From positions 1 through 13,154 of the forward strand of contig JAYGFR010000196.1 in NCBI GenBank assembly GCA_046581755.1: a DNA stretch of 13,154 nt. Reading direction: 5' to 3'. Under the pieces are notes generated by a model. It was not told the DNA's origin. It was given only the letters and a program-made list of their open reading frames with translations, and ran no database searches. The stretch is from Nitrospinota bacterium. Its GTDB lineage: Bacteria; UBA8248. Shown here in pieces: positions 1 through 8,183 of this stretch. Positions within the stretch are counted from its first letter, which is position 1; each line of letters begins with the position of its first letter. A program made the position numbers and the translations under genes.

Positions 1-249
1 CCGTCGAAGAAGACCATCCATTTAATGAAGGGCGACCACGTCGTCATGTGGACCTCCGGCGGTGGCGGTTTCGGTAGTTCCCTAGACCGCCCACCGGAAC
101 GCGTGCTTGAGGACGTGCTCGACGGGAAGGTCGGTGTCGAGGTCGCGAAGGACCTTTACGGCGTGATCGTCCAGAAGGGGAAACTTCGCCACGGGGAAAC
201 CGAGCGCATGAGAGCACGGATGCGCAATGCGGCAATGATGGATCTGTGA
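1..249 (+). CDS. Hydantoinase B/oxoprolinase family protein, C-terminal part (gene begins upstream of the window)
   Basis: Frame 1 is open from base 1 (PSKKTIHLMKGDHVVMWTSGGGGFGSSLDRPPERVLEDVLDGKV...LYGVIV). This matches the hydantoinase B C-terminal signature (T-x-GGGGYG-x-P-x-x-R...V..DV..G.V.....YGV) and parallels the end of 6227..7981 (ETPAGAGYGDPLERDPERVAADVLAGKV). The ATG at 25 is internal. Confidence 0.88.
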   Translation, partial: PSKKTIHLMKGDHVVMWTSGGGGFGSSLDRPPERVLEDVLDGKVGVEVAKDLYGVIVQKGKLRHGETERMRARMRNAAMMDL

Positions 250-459
250 ATGGCGAATCCCTAATCAAGTAGAAATGGGCGATTAAAACAGTCCGTTGCA
301 GTGCGGCTTCAACGTGCAGTTGTCGAGATTGGGAGGAGCTCGAGTGCAATCACCTCATCATCTGAACGAACTAGGCCCCGATGCCGCTCTCGGCCACGCT
401 CTCCAGCATGCGCCTCATCTCTGAAGAGCTGTTGCTAGAGCTGCACAATGTCTAGTCCG

Positions 460-774
460 TCATAGGTCGGGCACCTCTAGATTCACGAGTGGACCATACT
501 GCTGGCATCCGTAACAGTCGGAGTCCTCGAGGTCGGATGAAGAAATCGGCCGCGGAATGGTCACCTTGATCGCCCGAGCGGGATCGTGATGGACCAGAAA
601 GATGTCCTTAACAGGAACGCCGTACATCATGTTGAAGGACTCTTTCGTGACCACGTTCGCGGCGACCACGCGCCGGTAGGTTTCTTCGTCTTCGAACATG
701 ATGTCAAAGGTGAGCTTGAAGGCGCCAGCGTTCTTTGAACGGATCAAAATTGCAAGATTCCCCAGGATCGCCAT
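460..774 (-). CDS. DUF4387 family protein (small partner of AtuA-like protein)
   Basis: 104 aa. N-terminal IRSKNAGAFKLTFDIMF and C-terminal DCYGCQQYGPL fit the DUF4387 pattern (IRSKNAGP..LTFD; D..G.QQ..PL). It starts 5 nt after the stop of the AtuA-like gene, with a GGAGGT RBS (reverse complement of 784..789). Confidence 0.85.
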   Translation of the reverse strand: MAILGNLAILIRSKNAGAFKLTFDIMFEDEETYRRVVAANVVTKESFNMMYGVPVKDIFLVHHDPARAIKVTIPRPISSSDLEDSDCYGCQQYGPLVNLEVPDL

Positions 775-779
775 CTCTC

Positions 780-2153
780 TTACACCTCCATGTACTCGAA
801 CCTGAACATCTCCAAGGGATCCTCGGGCTCGACAACATGGTTCATGTTGAACCGGTAGGCGGGCCCCTTATGAAGCTCGGCTGGGGCAAAAGGGTAGGCG
901 ATGGTGCTGATGAGCCCATGCCATTCCGGAATCGGGTTGTGCAGCGCGAAGTGGCTCAACGTCGTCGCGAGGCTTCGCCCGGTCTCATCGTCAGGCGTGG
1001 TGAGTTCGAAGAGGAGGCACACCTCGTGCGGCTGGGCCTCCACGGTCGGTTCAAGGCTGCCCATAGTTCCATTTTTTCCGTATACCCGTATCACAAGCAT
1101 ATAATCCTCTTGACTTACTTTTCCACCGAAGATCTCTTCCACGCGGCTCGCGAAGCCGTCCCGTAGGTTAGCGAGCCAGGAGTCGAGCTGGCGGATGATA
1201 AAGGGGTCCCGAATGCTTCCGATGATGACGCTCTGGTAACCGGCGAACTCGGCGCCCTCGAGTTTAACGGTATATGTATCCGCTACCTGGAACTTGGAGC
1301 CTCGAACTCGCACGGCCCGGTCGTCGACGGCATCATAGGTCGCGGCGGAGATGTCAAGCACGCCGCCGGGTTCGGTGATGAAGAAGGGGTCAGCGTTTTC
1401 GTAGAGCGAATGCGAAGCCACGCTCTGCGGGGTGCATCGCGCGTTGGAATCGAGCGGCTCGACCACGAAATGGTCGTCTTGAATCCAGGCAAAGACGCCG
1501 TCCGGCCGCCTTCGCTGAATGGTGCAGGCCGTTCCGCACTCCAGAATTTTACCAGCGTGCCATGAAGGGCCGGCGGGTGCTCCCATCCGCTCTGGGACGC
1601 AGGAAAAGAGCGCCGTGTCGGAGGAGCGGCCGCAAAACACCACCTCGGCCCCCTCATCCAAGGCCTTGGAGATGGGTTCAGTCCCCATCATTCCAACGAT
1701 GTGGGCGCTGCGGTCAATCACGCCTTCGTGGAGTTCGGGTGCCGGCTCGAGGGGCTTGATTCGGCCTTCCCGTAGGCGGCGCTTGAGATACTCTTTATCC
1801 TGTTCGCTCCGCACCAGGGCCAAGCGGAAGCGGAGTCCCTCTTCCTCGGCGATCTCGAGGCAAATGTCCCGCATCCAATCTAAACCGATGTCGCTGCCCG
1901 AGTTGCCGCAAGAGCCGACGATGAGGGGCACGCCCAACCGATCGCGCCCCTTTATCATGAGCTGGAGGTCCCGCTTGGTGGCGGCGCGCGAGAAATGGGA
2001 CTCTCCCGATCCCAATGTGGCCGCCCCGGTGTCGGTCGAACCTCCGTCACACGCGATGACATGAGGTTCAAGAGACAATCCCTTCTCGAAGGAGGACTCC
2101 AAGAAGCCTGACCCGATGACACCGTTGGGTGCCAGTACACGCACTTCACTCAT
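780..2153 (-). CDS. Acyclic terpene utilization AtuA-like (DUF1446) family protein
   Basis: 457 aa with motifs DGGSTDTG, GSCGNSG, GRSSDTALF, WHAGKILECG, SVASHSLYENADP, YTVKLEGA and IRDPFII, typical of the DUF1446 subgroup that pairs with DUF4387. GGAGG RBS upstream of the ATG. Confidence 0.85.
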   Translation of the reverse strand: MSEVRVLAPNGVIGSGFLESSFEKGLSLEPHVIACDGGSTDTGAATLGSGESHFSRAATKRDLQLMIKGRDRLGVPLIVGSCGNSGSDIGLDWMRDICLEIAEEEGLRFRLALVRSEQDKEYLKRRLREGRIKPLEPAPELHEGVIDRSAHIVGMMGTEPISKALDEGAEVVFCGRSSDTALFSCVPERMGAPAGPSWHAGKILECGTACTIQRRRPDGVFAWIQDDHFVVEPLDSNARCTPQSVASHSLYENADPFFITEPGGVLDISAATYDAVDDRAVRVRGSKFQVADTYTVKLEGAEFAGYQSVIIGSIRDPFIIRQLDSWLANLRDGFASRVEEIFGGKVSQEDYMLVIRVYGKNGTMGSLEPTVEAQPHEVCLLFELTTPDDETGRSLATTLSHFALHNPIPEWHGLISTIAYPFAPAELHKGPAYRFNMNHVVEPEDPLEMFRFEYMEV

Positions 2154-2203
2154 GATCTATCCTCCCGCGGGATCGCGCCCCATGAAGGTGACCTGCCCCC
2201 GAT

Positions 2204-2215
2204 AGTGGTACCACT
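2204..2215. promoter_or_regulatory. Perfect 12-bp palindrome AGTGGTACCACT, candidate operator upstream of the AtuA-like gene
   Basis: Seen directly, about 50 nt upstream of the start at 2153. The TGGT/ACCA core resembles GntR/FadR-type operators (inference). Confidence 0.35.
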
Positions 2216-2391
2216 GTTAATGTTACTCTAGAAGCCAATGCCGGAGGGTGGAGCAGTAGCAAGAAAAGGAAGTCCCTCCTGACGCCCGCTTCGTAGTCGA
2301 AATTAGTAATTCACCATGGATATCTCTAATTTCTCCTTAGAGTTAGATCCACCAAACTACTCTTGATAATATGCTACTCCTTTGTTCCGTC

Positions 2392-3738
2392 TCATCGGGA
2401 AGGCTGCGCCAAAGCCTTTGTGAGGCGCGTCACTGGCGTCACATCTGAGCTTTCCCGAACCAATGTCAGAATTTCGTCAACAGCCACCTTGCCCAGTACG
2501 GGTTCCATGAGCGAGCGGTGCTTTTCTTCGAGTTCTTCCTCGTTCGCTCGGTTTCCAGGAAATCCCCGTGGAACGGGTACGTGCCGCTGAATAGTCCTCC
2601 CGTCCTTCATTCGTACCTGTATTTGACAGGCGATCACTGACTTTTCCGGTATAATTTTATATTTTATCTTCCCCATCAGGGAGACCAGTGTCGGGTCATG
2701 AACCCTATCATCAGAAAAATCATCCAAGAATCCTCTTCTTCCTGCGAGCCCGAGGGCGGCACAGTAGGTGAGACTGAATTTCCCATCCAGGCCCTTCGTG
2801 GGGGTCTTCAGGCCGACGATATCCACTTGCCACTGGCAAACATTGAGTTCGATCTCTGCAATATCTTCAGGGCGTACGCTTTCTTCCATGTGGATCGAGC
2901 GCGCTCCGTAGAATGCAGTATGAGCGAGGGAGCCCGCAGCGACCAATTTGAATGAAATGTCAGCCAGCTCCCAACGCGAAGACCAGTCTGAGTTTAAGCG
3001 AGAGGGATCAAATTCGTGGCTTGCAGCCTGTGGATAACCCTTCTCCATAGTGAATACATCTCGTGGACCCGTGAACCCCCTCTCCGCTAGCAATGCGGAT
3101 AGCAGACCATTCATAGCGGCCTTCCCGGCGTTCAGAGACTTTGCCATGGTCCCGACAACCGTATGGAGTAAACCAGACGCCTGTCCGGCTGCGAGGGCCA
3201 GCGCATTTGCGAATCCATCCGCGTCGAGCCCCAGGATCTTTCCCGCGCCGGCGGCAGCACCGAAGGTGTTCGCAGTTCCTGTGGGATGCCACCCCCTGCT
3301 GGTATGCGACCGACCAAGTGCCAGCCCGATCCGGATCGATGTTTCGAGGCCCACGGCAAAGGCAAGCAAGAGATCCGCCATGCTCGCATTTCGGTCCTCG
3401 GCCGCAGCCACTATGGCAGGCAACACACCAACAGTCCCGTGGAGGGGTACGGCTTGTTGGATGTCGTCAAAATCGAGCGCATGGGCGGCAACACCGTTGA
3501 CCAACGCCGCCATCAGGGGCGTAGTCTGGGCGGGGTGTGCCCACAAAGATGCGCCGGAAGCCTGACCCTGATTCAGAGAAAAATCCCTCACGAGCCTGGT
3601 CGAAGTCTCGTTCGCGCCCGCTACCGCGACGGACAGCCCGTCTATCATGCAGCGTTGGGCATGACGGTATGCTTCTTCAGGAATTTGTTTGAGAGCAACG
3701 GATGCGATCCGATTCGCCATTTCACGGGTTAGATTCAC
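2392..3738 (-). CDS. MmgE/PrpD family protein (copy 1)
   Basis: 448 aa. Motifs AALVNGVAAHALDFDD, LHG...VLPA, GWHPTG, MAKSLNAGKAAMNG, GFTGP, KFSLTYCAA and PRGFPGN. GTG start with a strong AAGGAGGTGG RBS upstream. Confidence 0.9.
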   Translation of the reverse strand: MNLTREMANRIASVALKQIPEEAYRHAQRCMIDGLSVAVAGANETSTRLVRDFSLNQGQASGASLWAHPAQTTPLMAALVNGVAAHALDFDDIQQAVPLHGTVGVLPAIVAAAEDRNASMADLLLAFAVGLETSIRIGLALGRSHTSRGWHPTGTANTFGAAAGAGKILGLDADGFANALALAAGQASGLLHTVVGTMAKSLNAGKAAMNGLLSALLAERGFTGPRDVFTMEKGYPQAASHEFDPSRLNSDWSSRWELADISFKLVAAGSLAHTAFYGARSIHMEESVRPEDIAEIELNVCQWQVDIVGLKTPTKGLDGKFSLTYCAALGLAGRRGFLDDFSDDRVHDPTLVSLMGKIKYKIIPEKSVIACQIQVRMKDGRTIQRHVPVPRGFPGNRANEEELEEKHRSLMEPVLGKVAVDEILTLVRESSDVTPVTRLTKALAQPSR

Positions 3739-3886
3739 CGAAATACCACCTCCTTACTTTCATTCCTGTATTTTCTCTTTGTAATATGGAAACCATGGGA
3801 GAGGGATTTGCAAGAGTCTGTCCCGCCCACCAAAAATGAGACGCCCTCCGGATTTGGGCTCGAGATTGTGGTCAATCTGACCCCGT

Positions 3887-4170
3887 TTATCCATCCACCA
3901 CGAATATTTCGCTCGTGCTCATCTTATCCGAGAGCAACCGAGGACCCTCACCGGTGACGTACACCATGTCCTGCAGGTGCCAAAAGTCCGCGTGGGGTTC
4001 AAGCGCGAGCACCATGCCTTCTTCGATGGCGTCCTCCGCTTTCCGGACGATAAAGGGCTCTTGTTGGTGCCACCAAGGCCCGGCGCTATGCCCGACCAAG
4101 TTGAGCTGAGCGTCGTATCCCGCCTCGCGAAAGGCTTCCTGCGCGAAGTCGTAAATCGCCGCCGCGAAGT
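3887..4170 (-). pseudogene. 5'-truncated M24 (Xaa-Pro peptidase/creatinase fold) family remnant, about 93 C-terminal residues
   Basis: Reads AAAIYDFAQEAFREAGY...VGHSAGPWWHQQEP...IEEGMVLALEP...HLQDMVYVTGEGPRLLS, matching the M24 C-terminal pattern GH-x-x-G...H..P...GMV...EP...ED...VT..G...LS. It has no start codon or RBS of its own, and recognisable homology begins directly after the hyuA TAA (4171..4173). Confidence 0.8.
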
Positions 4171-6237
4171 TTAGGACCGAAAGGAGAGGACGAGCATGCC
4201 GCAATCGTCGCGCTTTGCGGACTGCCCCGGCAGCACCACAGTCGTGGTGTCCATCTGCTCGATGATGGCTGGACCAGATATCTCCACCTCCTGCGGGAGG
4301 CGTTCTCGGAGGTACACGGGGCACTCCGCGTAGTCACCCAGCTCGTCGAAGTAGGCCCGCCGCGTGCCAGCCAGCGCGGACACCAAGTCCAGCCCCGCCG
4401 AAGCCGCGTCACCGCCCGCCGGCGATTCCGCCACTTTGGCCAGGACGCTCATCCGGAAGGTGACCACCTGGGTGGGCGCCTCCGGGGCGTAGCCGTAGAC
4501 CCGCTTGTGCTCCCGCCGGAACGCGCCGTCGAGTTGCTCGCTGCCGCTTCCGTTGAGCCATTCCTCCGCAAACTCGACCGTCAATTCGTGGCTCTGGCCC
4601 AGATAGCGGATGTCCGCCGCGCGTCGCAGGATTCGGTGCTCGGGGGGTATACCCTCCTCCTCGCACCAGCGCACAGCCTGTCCCTCCAGCTCGGCGAAGG
4701 TCGCGCTCAAACCCTCCGTCCCCGCGCCGTCGAGTGCCATGATGCGCGTCACGCTGAAGTCGCGGCGCAAGTCCGCGACCAGGAGCCCCAGGGCGCACAG
4801 CAGGCCGGGGCTCTCCGGCACGAGGACGGTCCCGATGCCGAGCTCTTTGGCGAGGGCCGATGCCAACAGCGGGCCCGCACCGCCGAAGGAAACCAGCGTG
4901 AACTCGCGCGGGTCAAACCCTTGCTCCACCGAGATCACGCGGATGGCCTGGATCAAGTTTTCGTTCAGGATTGTGAGCACGCCGCAGGCCGCCTCTTCCA
5001 GGCTCATACTCATGGGCTTTGCCACGCCCCGCACGATGGCCTCCCGGGCGAGGTCCGCCCGGATGGGCATCCGCCCCCCGAGCAGCGCTTCGGGGTGCAG
5101 GCGCCCGAGCACCACGTTCGCATCGGTCACCGTGGGTTCGCTCCCCCCGCGCCCATAGCAGGCGGGTCCCGGATCCGCCCCCGCGCTCATGGGCCCCACC
5201 TGAAGCACCCCTCCGGGGTCTAACCAGGCGATGCTCCCGCCCCCAGCGCCCACCGAATGCACGTCCACCATGGGAAACCGGACCGGGTAGCCGCCAAACT
5301 CGCGCTCCTGGGCGATGGGGGGAGTGCCCCCCTCGATGAGGCACATGTCGGTGCTGGTGCCGCCGGCGTCGAAGGTGATGATATCTTCGGCACCGGCTTG
5401 AAGCGAAAGATGGATGGCGCCCATGACGCCCGCGGCGGGCCCCGAGGCCAGGGTGCGGACGGGCAGGCGGGCGGCCTCGGTCGCCGACACCACCCCGCCG
5501 TTCGATTGAAGGATGTATGGCTTGGCGGCCAGACCCAGCCGTTTGGCGCCTTCGGTCAAACGCTGAAGATAGGAGCTCATGATTGGGCCAAGAGATGCGT
5601 TCAGCACTGTGGTGCTCACACGCTCGTACTCACGGAACTCGGCCAGCACCTCATAGGAGGTGCACACGAACGCATCCGGAAGATTATTCTGGACCCACTT
5701 GCTCACGGCTTGTTCGTGTTCGGGGTTGAGGTAGCTGTGGAGAAAGCACACCGCCACCGCCACCGCCCCGGCGCGGCGGAGGCCGTCCACGATCGCTTCC
5801 AGCTCCTCGACGCGGGGCGGCTTCGCGGGCCGGCCCTCGATGTAGGTCCGCTCATCGACTTCATAGCGGAGGTGCCGGGGGACGGGAGGCACGGGCTTGG
5901 GCATGCGGAAGTCGTAATTATGGGGCTGGCGCTGGCGCCGGATCTCGAGCACGTCCCGGAACCCCGCCGTGGTGAGGAGGCCCGTGAGCGCGGTGCGCCC
6001 CTGGATGCATGCGTTCGTGGCCACCGTGGTCCCGTGGCCGAAGTAGATGATTGCTTCGGCATCGATATCTTCGCCGGCGATGAGTTCCTCCACGCCCTGC
6101 GTCACAGCGAGTGAGAGATCCTCCGGCGTGGAGGGGATCTTATGATAAAAGATCCGCTTGTCGGAGAGGCGGACCAAAGCCAGGTCCGTGAAGGTTCCCC
6201 CGACGTCCACCCCCAGAGCGTAGCGTTCAGACGCCAT
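4171..6237 (-). CDS. hyuA: Hydantoinase A/oxoprolinase family, ATP-binding subunit (N-methylhydantoinase A-like)
   Basis: 688 aa. Motifs GVDVGGTFTD, HGTTVATNA, FLHSY, REYERVSTT, SGPAAG, DAGGTSTD, GAGGGSIA, GPMSAGADPGPACYG, PTVTDAN, FGGAGPL and GPAIIEQMDTT. Overlaps the end of the B-subunit gene by 11 nt. The symbol is family-level and the substrate is unknown. Confidence 0.93.
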   Translation of the reverse strand: MASERYALGVDVGGTFTDLALVRLSDKRIFYHKIPSTPEDLSLAVTQGVEELIAGEDIDAEAIIYFGHGTTVATNACIQGRTALTGLLTTAGFRDVLEIRRQRQPHNYDFRMPKPVPPVPRHLRYEVDERTYIEGRPAKPPRVEELEAIVDGLRRAGAVAVAVCFLHSYLNPEHEQAVSKWVQNNLPDAFVCTSYEVLAEFREYERVSTTVLNASLGPIMSSYLQRLTEGAKRLGLAAKPYILQSNGGVVSATEAARLPVRTLASGPAAGVMGAIHLSLQAGAEDIITFDAGGTSTDMCLIEGGTPPIAQEREFGGYPVRFPMVDVHSVGAGGGSIAWLDPGGVLQVGPMSAGADPGPACYGRGGSEPTVTDANVVLGRLHPEALLGGRMPIRADLAREAIVRGVAKPMSMSLEEAACGVLTILNENLIQAIRVISVEQGFDPREFTLVSFGGAGPLLASALAKELGIGTVLVPESPGLLCALGLLVADLRRDFSVTRIMALDGAGTEGLSATFAELEGQAVRWCEEEGIPPEHRILRRAADIRYLGQSHELTVEFAEEWLNGSGSEQLDGAFRREHKRVYGYAPEAPTQVVTFRMSVLAKVAESPAGGDAASAGLDLVSALAGTRRAYFDELGDYAECPVYLRERLPQEVEISGPAIIEQMDTTTVVLPGQSAKRDDCGMLVLSFRS

Positions 6238-7981
6238 GGCTCTCTTGCTCCCGGCTCATGCGCGCACGGAGGGATGCGGTCTCCCTCTCATCCACGCGTC
6301 CCTCGCGAAGAACCACACCATAGCCGCCCTCAGCTGCCGCCGGCGTCACCTTTCCAGCGAGAACGTCCGCCGCCACCCTCTCGGGATCCCGCTCCAGCGG
6401 GTCGCCGTATCCCGCTCCCGCCGGGGTCTCCACGCGCAGCGTGGTGCCGGCCGGGATCGGGATCTCGGAGAAGGTCGCGGGCAGCTTTTGCTCTTCCGGC
6501 CCACCTGGATGGAGGACGAACCGGCCCGTGGCGCCGCTCCCACCCCCGAACAGGCCGGGTGCGCCCCTCGTCTGCCGCAGCCCACGGCCCGCAACACGGG
6601 CGTCCTCCGCCCAGATGACGATGTCCCGCCGCGTGCCCAGCCCGCCCCGGAAGCGCCCCAGGCCGCCGGAGTCGGGAATGAGTTCATAGCGTTTGACCGT
6701 GAGAGGGTATTCGTGCTCAACCGACTCCACGGGGAGGTTCGCCGCGCCCGAGATGTGGACCCTCACGGCGTCCTTGCCGTCCTGGTCGGCGAGTCCGCCC
6801 GAGGCCCCCGCGTAGGTTTCGTAGTCCACGAAGTATTCCTTCCGGCGAGGGTGGATTCCGCTGAAGATGAGCCCATGAAGCGGGCCACAGGCCGCCATCA
6901 CCCGGTCTGGAACGGCCTTGGCGAACGCGCCCAAGAGAACGTCGCCCAACACGTTGCCAGTGGACGATCGGTCCCCCACCGCGGCCGGGAGCTCGGCGTT
7001 GAGCACGGTTCCGGGCGGGGCGTGAACCGACACGGCACGGAAATAGCCCGCGTTTGGGGGCAGGTCGGGGTCTACGATGGCCTTCACGGCGTAGTAGACC
7101 GTCGCGAGAGTGGAGACCAGGACCATGTTCCGGCTTCCTTGAATCTGGGGGTCGGTGCCCGTGAAATCGAACGAGAGCCGGTCCCCCCTCACACGGATCA
7201 TCACCTTGAGGCGAATGAGGCGATCCTCGAAGCCGTCGTTGTCCATGAAGTCTTCGTACTCGTAGTCCCCGTCGGGCAGCGCCGCGATGCCGGCCCGCGT
7301 ACGCACCTCGGAGGCGTCCAGCATGGCTTCGATACCGTTGAGGGTAGTATCGGTCCCGAACCGTCCGAAGATCTCCTCCACCCGGCGGACCCCGATGGCA
7401 TTGGTGGCAAACTGGGCGTTCAGGTCGCCCTTGCGCTCTCGCGGGGTGCGGGAGTTCGCCAAGACGATGTCCATAATGTCGCTCTGCAGTTCGCCCTGGA
7501 TGAAGATCCGCACCGGAGGTATCCGGATCCCCTCCTGGAAGATGCTGGTGCAGTCGGCGCTCTCGCTGCCCGCCACCTTGCCCCCCACGTCGGAATGGTG
7601 GGCGATGTTGGCCACGAAGGCGACCACCTTTCCGTCCACGAACACGGGCGCGGCCAGGGTGAGGTCGGGCAGGTGAGAGCCACCCCCCGTGTAGGGGTCA
7701 TTGGTGAGAAAGCCATCGCCGGGTTTGATATCTTCGAACGGAAAACGCGCGATGACGTTCTCCACCATCCCGAGGACCGAGCTCAGATGGATGGGCGCGA
7801 TGGCGGTGAGCGCGAGGAGCCGCCCCGCCGCGTCGAAGATGCCGGTGGAGCAATCTCGGCGCTCCTTGATGTTGGGGGAATAGGCCGTCTTCACGAGGGC
7901 GGCCATCATCTCTTCACTGGACGCCCGGAGACGATGCGCGATGACATCCGCCGTGATGGGGTCGATGACTGCCCGGTTCAA
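6227..7981 (-). CDS. hyuB: Hydantoinase B/oxoprolinase family subunit (N-methylhydantoinase B-like)
   Basis: 584 aa. Motifs AYSPNIKERRDCS, PIHLSS, NDPYTGGGSHLPD, AHHSDVGG, IFQEG, DFTGTDPQ, PVESVEHEYP, DSGGLGRFRGG and GYGDPLER. TTG start with GAGGAG RBS. The symbol is family-level. Confidence 0.93.
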   Translation of the reverse strand: MNRAVIDPITADVIAHRLRASSEEMMAALVKTAYSPNIKERRDCSTGIFDAAGRLLALTAIAPIHLSSVLGMVENVIARFPFEDIKPGDGFLTNDPYTGGGSHLPDLTLAAPVFVDGKVVAFVANIAHHSDVGGKVAGSESADCTSIFQEGIRIPPVRIFIQGELQSDIMDIVLANSRTPRERKGDLNAQFATNAIGVRRVEEIFGRFGTDTTLNGIEAMLDASEVRTRAGIAALPDGDYEYEDFMDNDGFEDRLIRLKVMIRVRGDRLSFDFTGTDPQIQGSRNMVLVSTLATVYYAVKAIVDPDLPPNAGYFRAVSVHAPPGTVLNAELPAAVGDRSSTGNVLGDVLLGAFAKAVPDRVMAACGPLHGLIFSGIHPRRKEYFVDYETYAGASGGLADQDGKDAVRVHISGAANLPVESVEHEYPLTVKRYELIPDSGGLGRFRGGLGTRRDIVIWAEDARVAGRGLRQTRGAPGLFGGGSGATGRFVLHPGGPEEQKLPATFSEIPIPAGTTLRVETPAGAGYGDPLERDPERVAADVLAGKVTPAAAEGGYGVVLREGRVDERETASLRARMSREQESHGV

Positions 7982-8045
7982 GTGAGTCGCTCCTCTCCAG
8001 CATGTGCCGCACTCGCGTCTAAGCCGAGATTCTCCACTTTATTCG

Positions 8046-8076
8046 TTGGATAAAACCAATATAGCAAAAATTTGCT
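8046..8076 (-). promoter_or_regulatory. Candidate extended -10 promoter for hyuBA with overlapping inverted repeats
   Basis: The minus strand reads TGcTATATT (8066..8058), a TGn-extended -10-like element about 75 nt upstream of the hyuB start. It is flanked by TTGG-N6-CCAA (8046..8059) and AGCAAA-AA-TTTGCT (8063..8076). Confidence 0.4.
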
Positions 8077-8183
8077 CCTTTAAGTAAGCCCGAAGCGACC
8101 ATAATCGCCTGGAGAGTAGTCAACCCGGAGTCCAATCAGCCTCTCCTCATCTGGACATTGGGGCGGGTTTCGGTAAATTTTAA

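Noticed and set aside
2299..2351. Imperfect inverted repeats (GAAATTAG...CTAATTTC and overlapping) between the MmgE/PrpD and AtuA-like genes
   Set aside because: AT-rich weak stems with a long loop, not a convincing terminator or RNA structure.
3887..4324. 145-aa ORF as an intact gene
   Set aside because: Its first ~50 residues are an off-frame read of the hyuA 3' end. Only the part below 4170 resembles M24.
4086..6720. Many Arg/Pro/Gly-rich overlapping ORFs within hyuA and hyuB (e.g. 4507..5223, 5257..6114)
   Set aside because: Alternative-frame artefacts of high-GC coding sequence.
399..8008. Near-identical 16-mer CTCTCCAGCATG(C/T)GCC at 399..414 and 7993..8008
   Set aside because: A 15/16 match is roughly expected by chance in 13 kb. 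No integrase or transposase supports an att site or target duplication.
6236..8053. 605-aa plus-strand ORF antisense to hyuB
   Set aside because: Shadow ORF expected from GC-rich codon bias. It spans a clearly conserved gene on the other strand and has no recognisable motifs.
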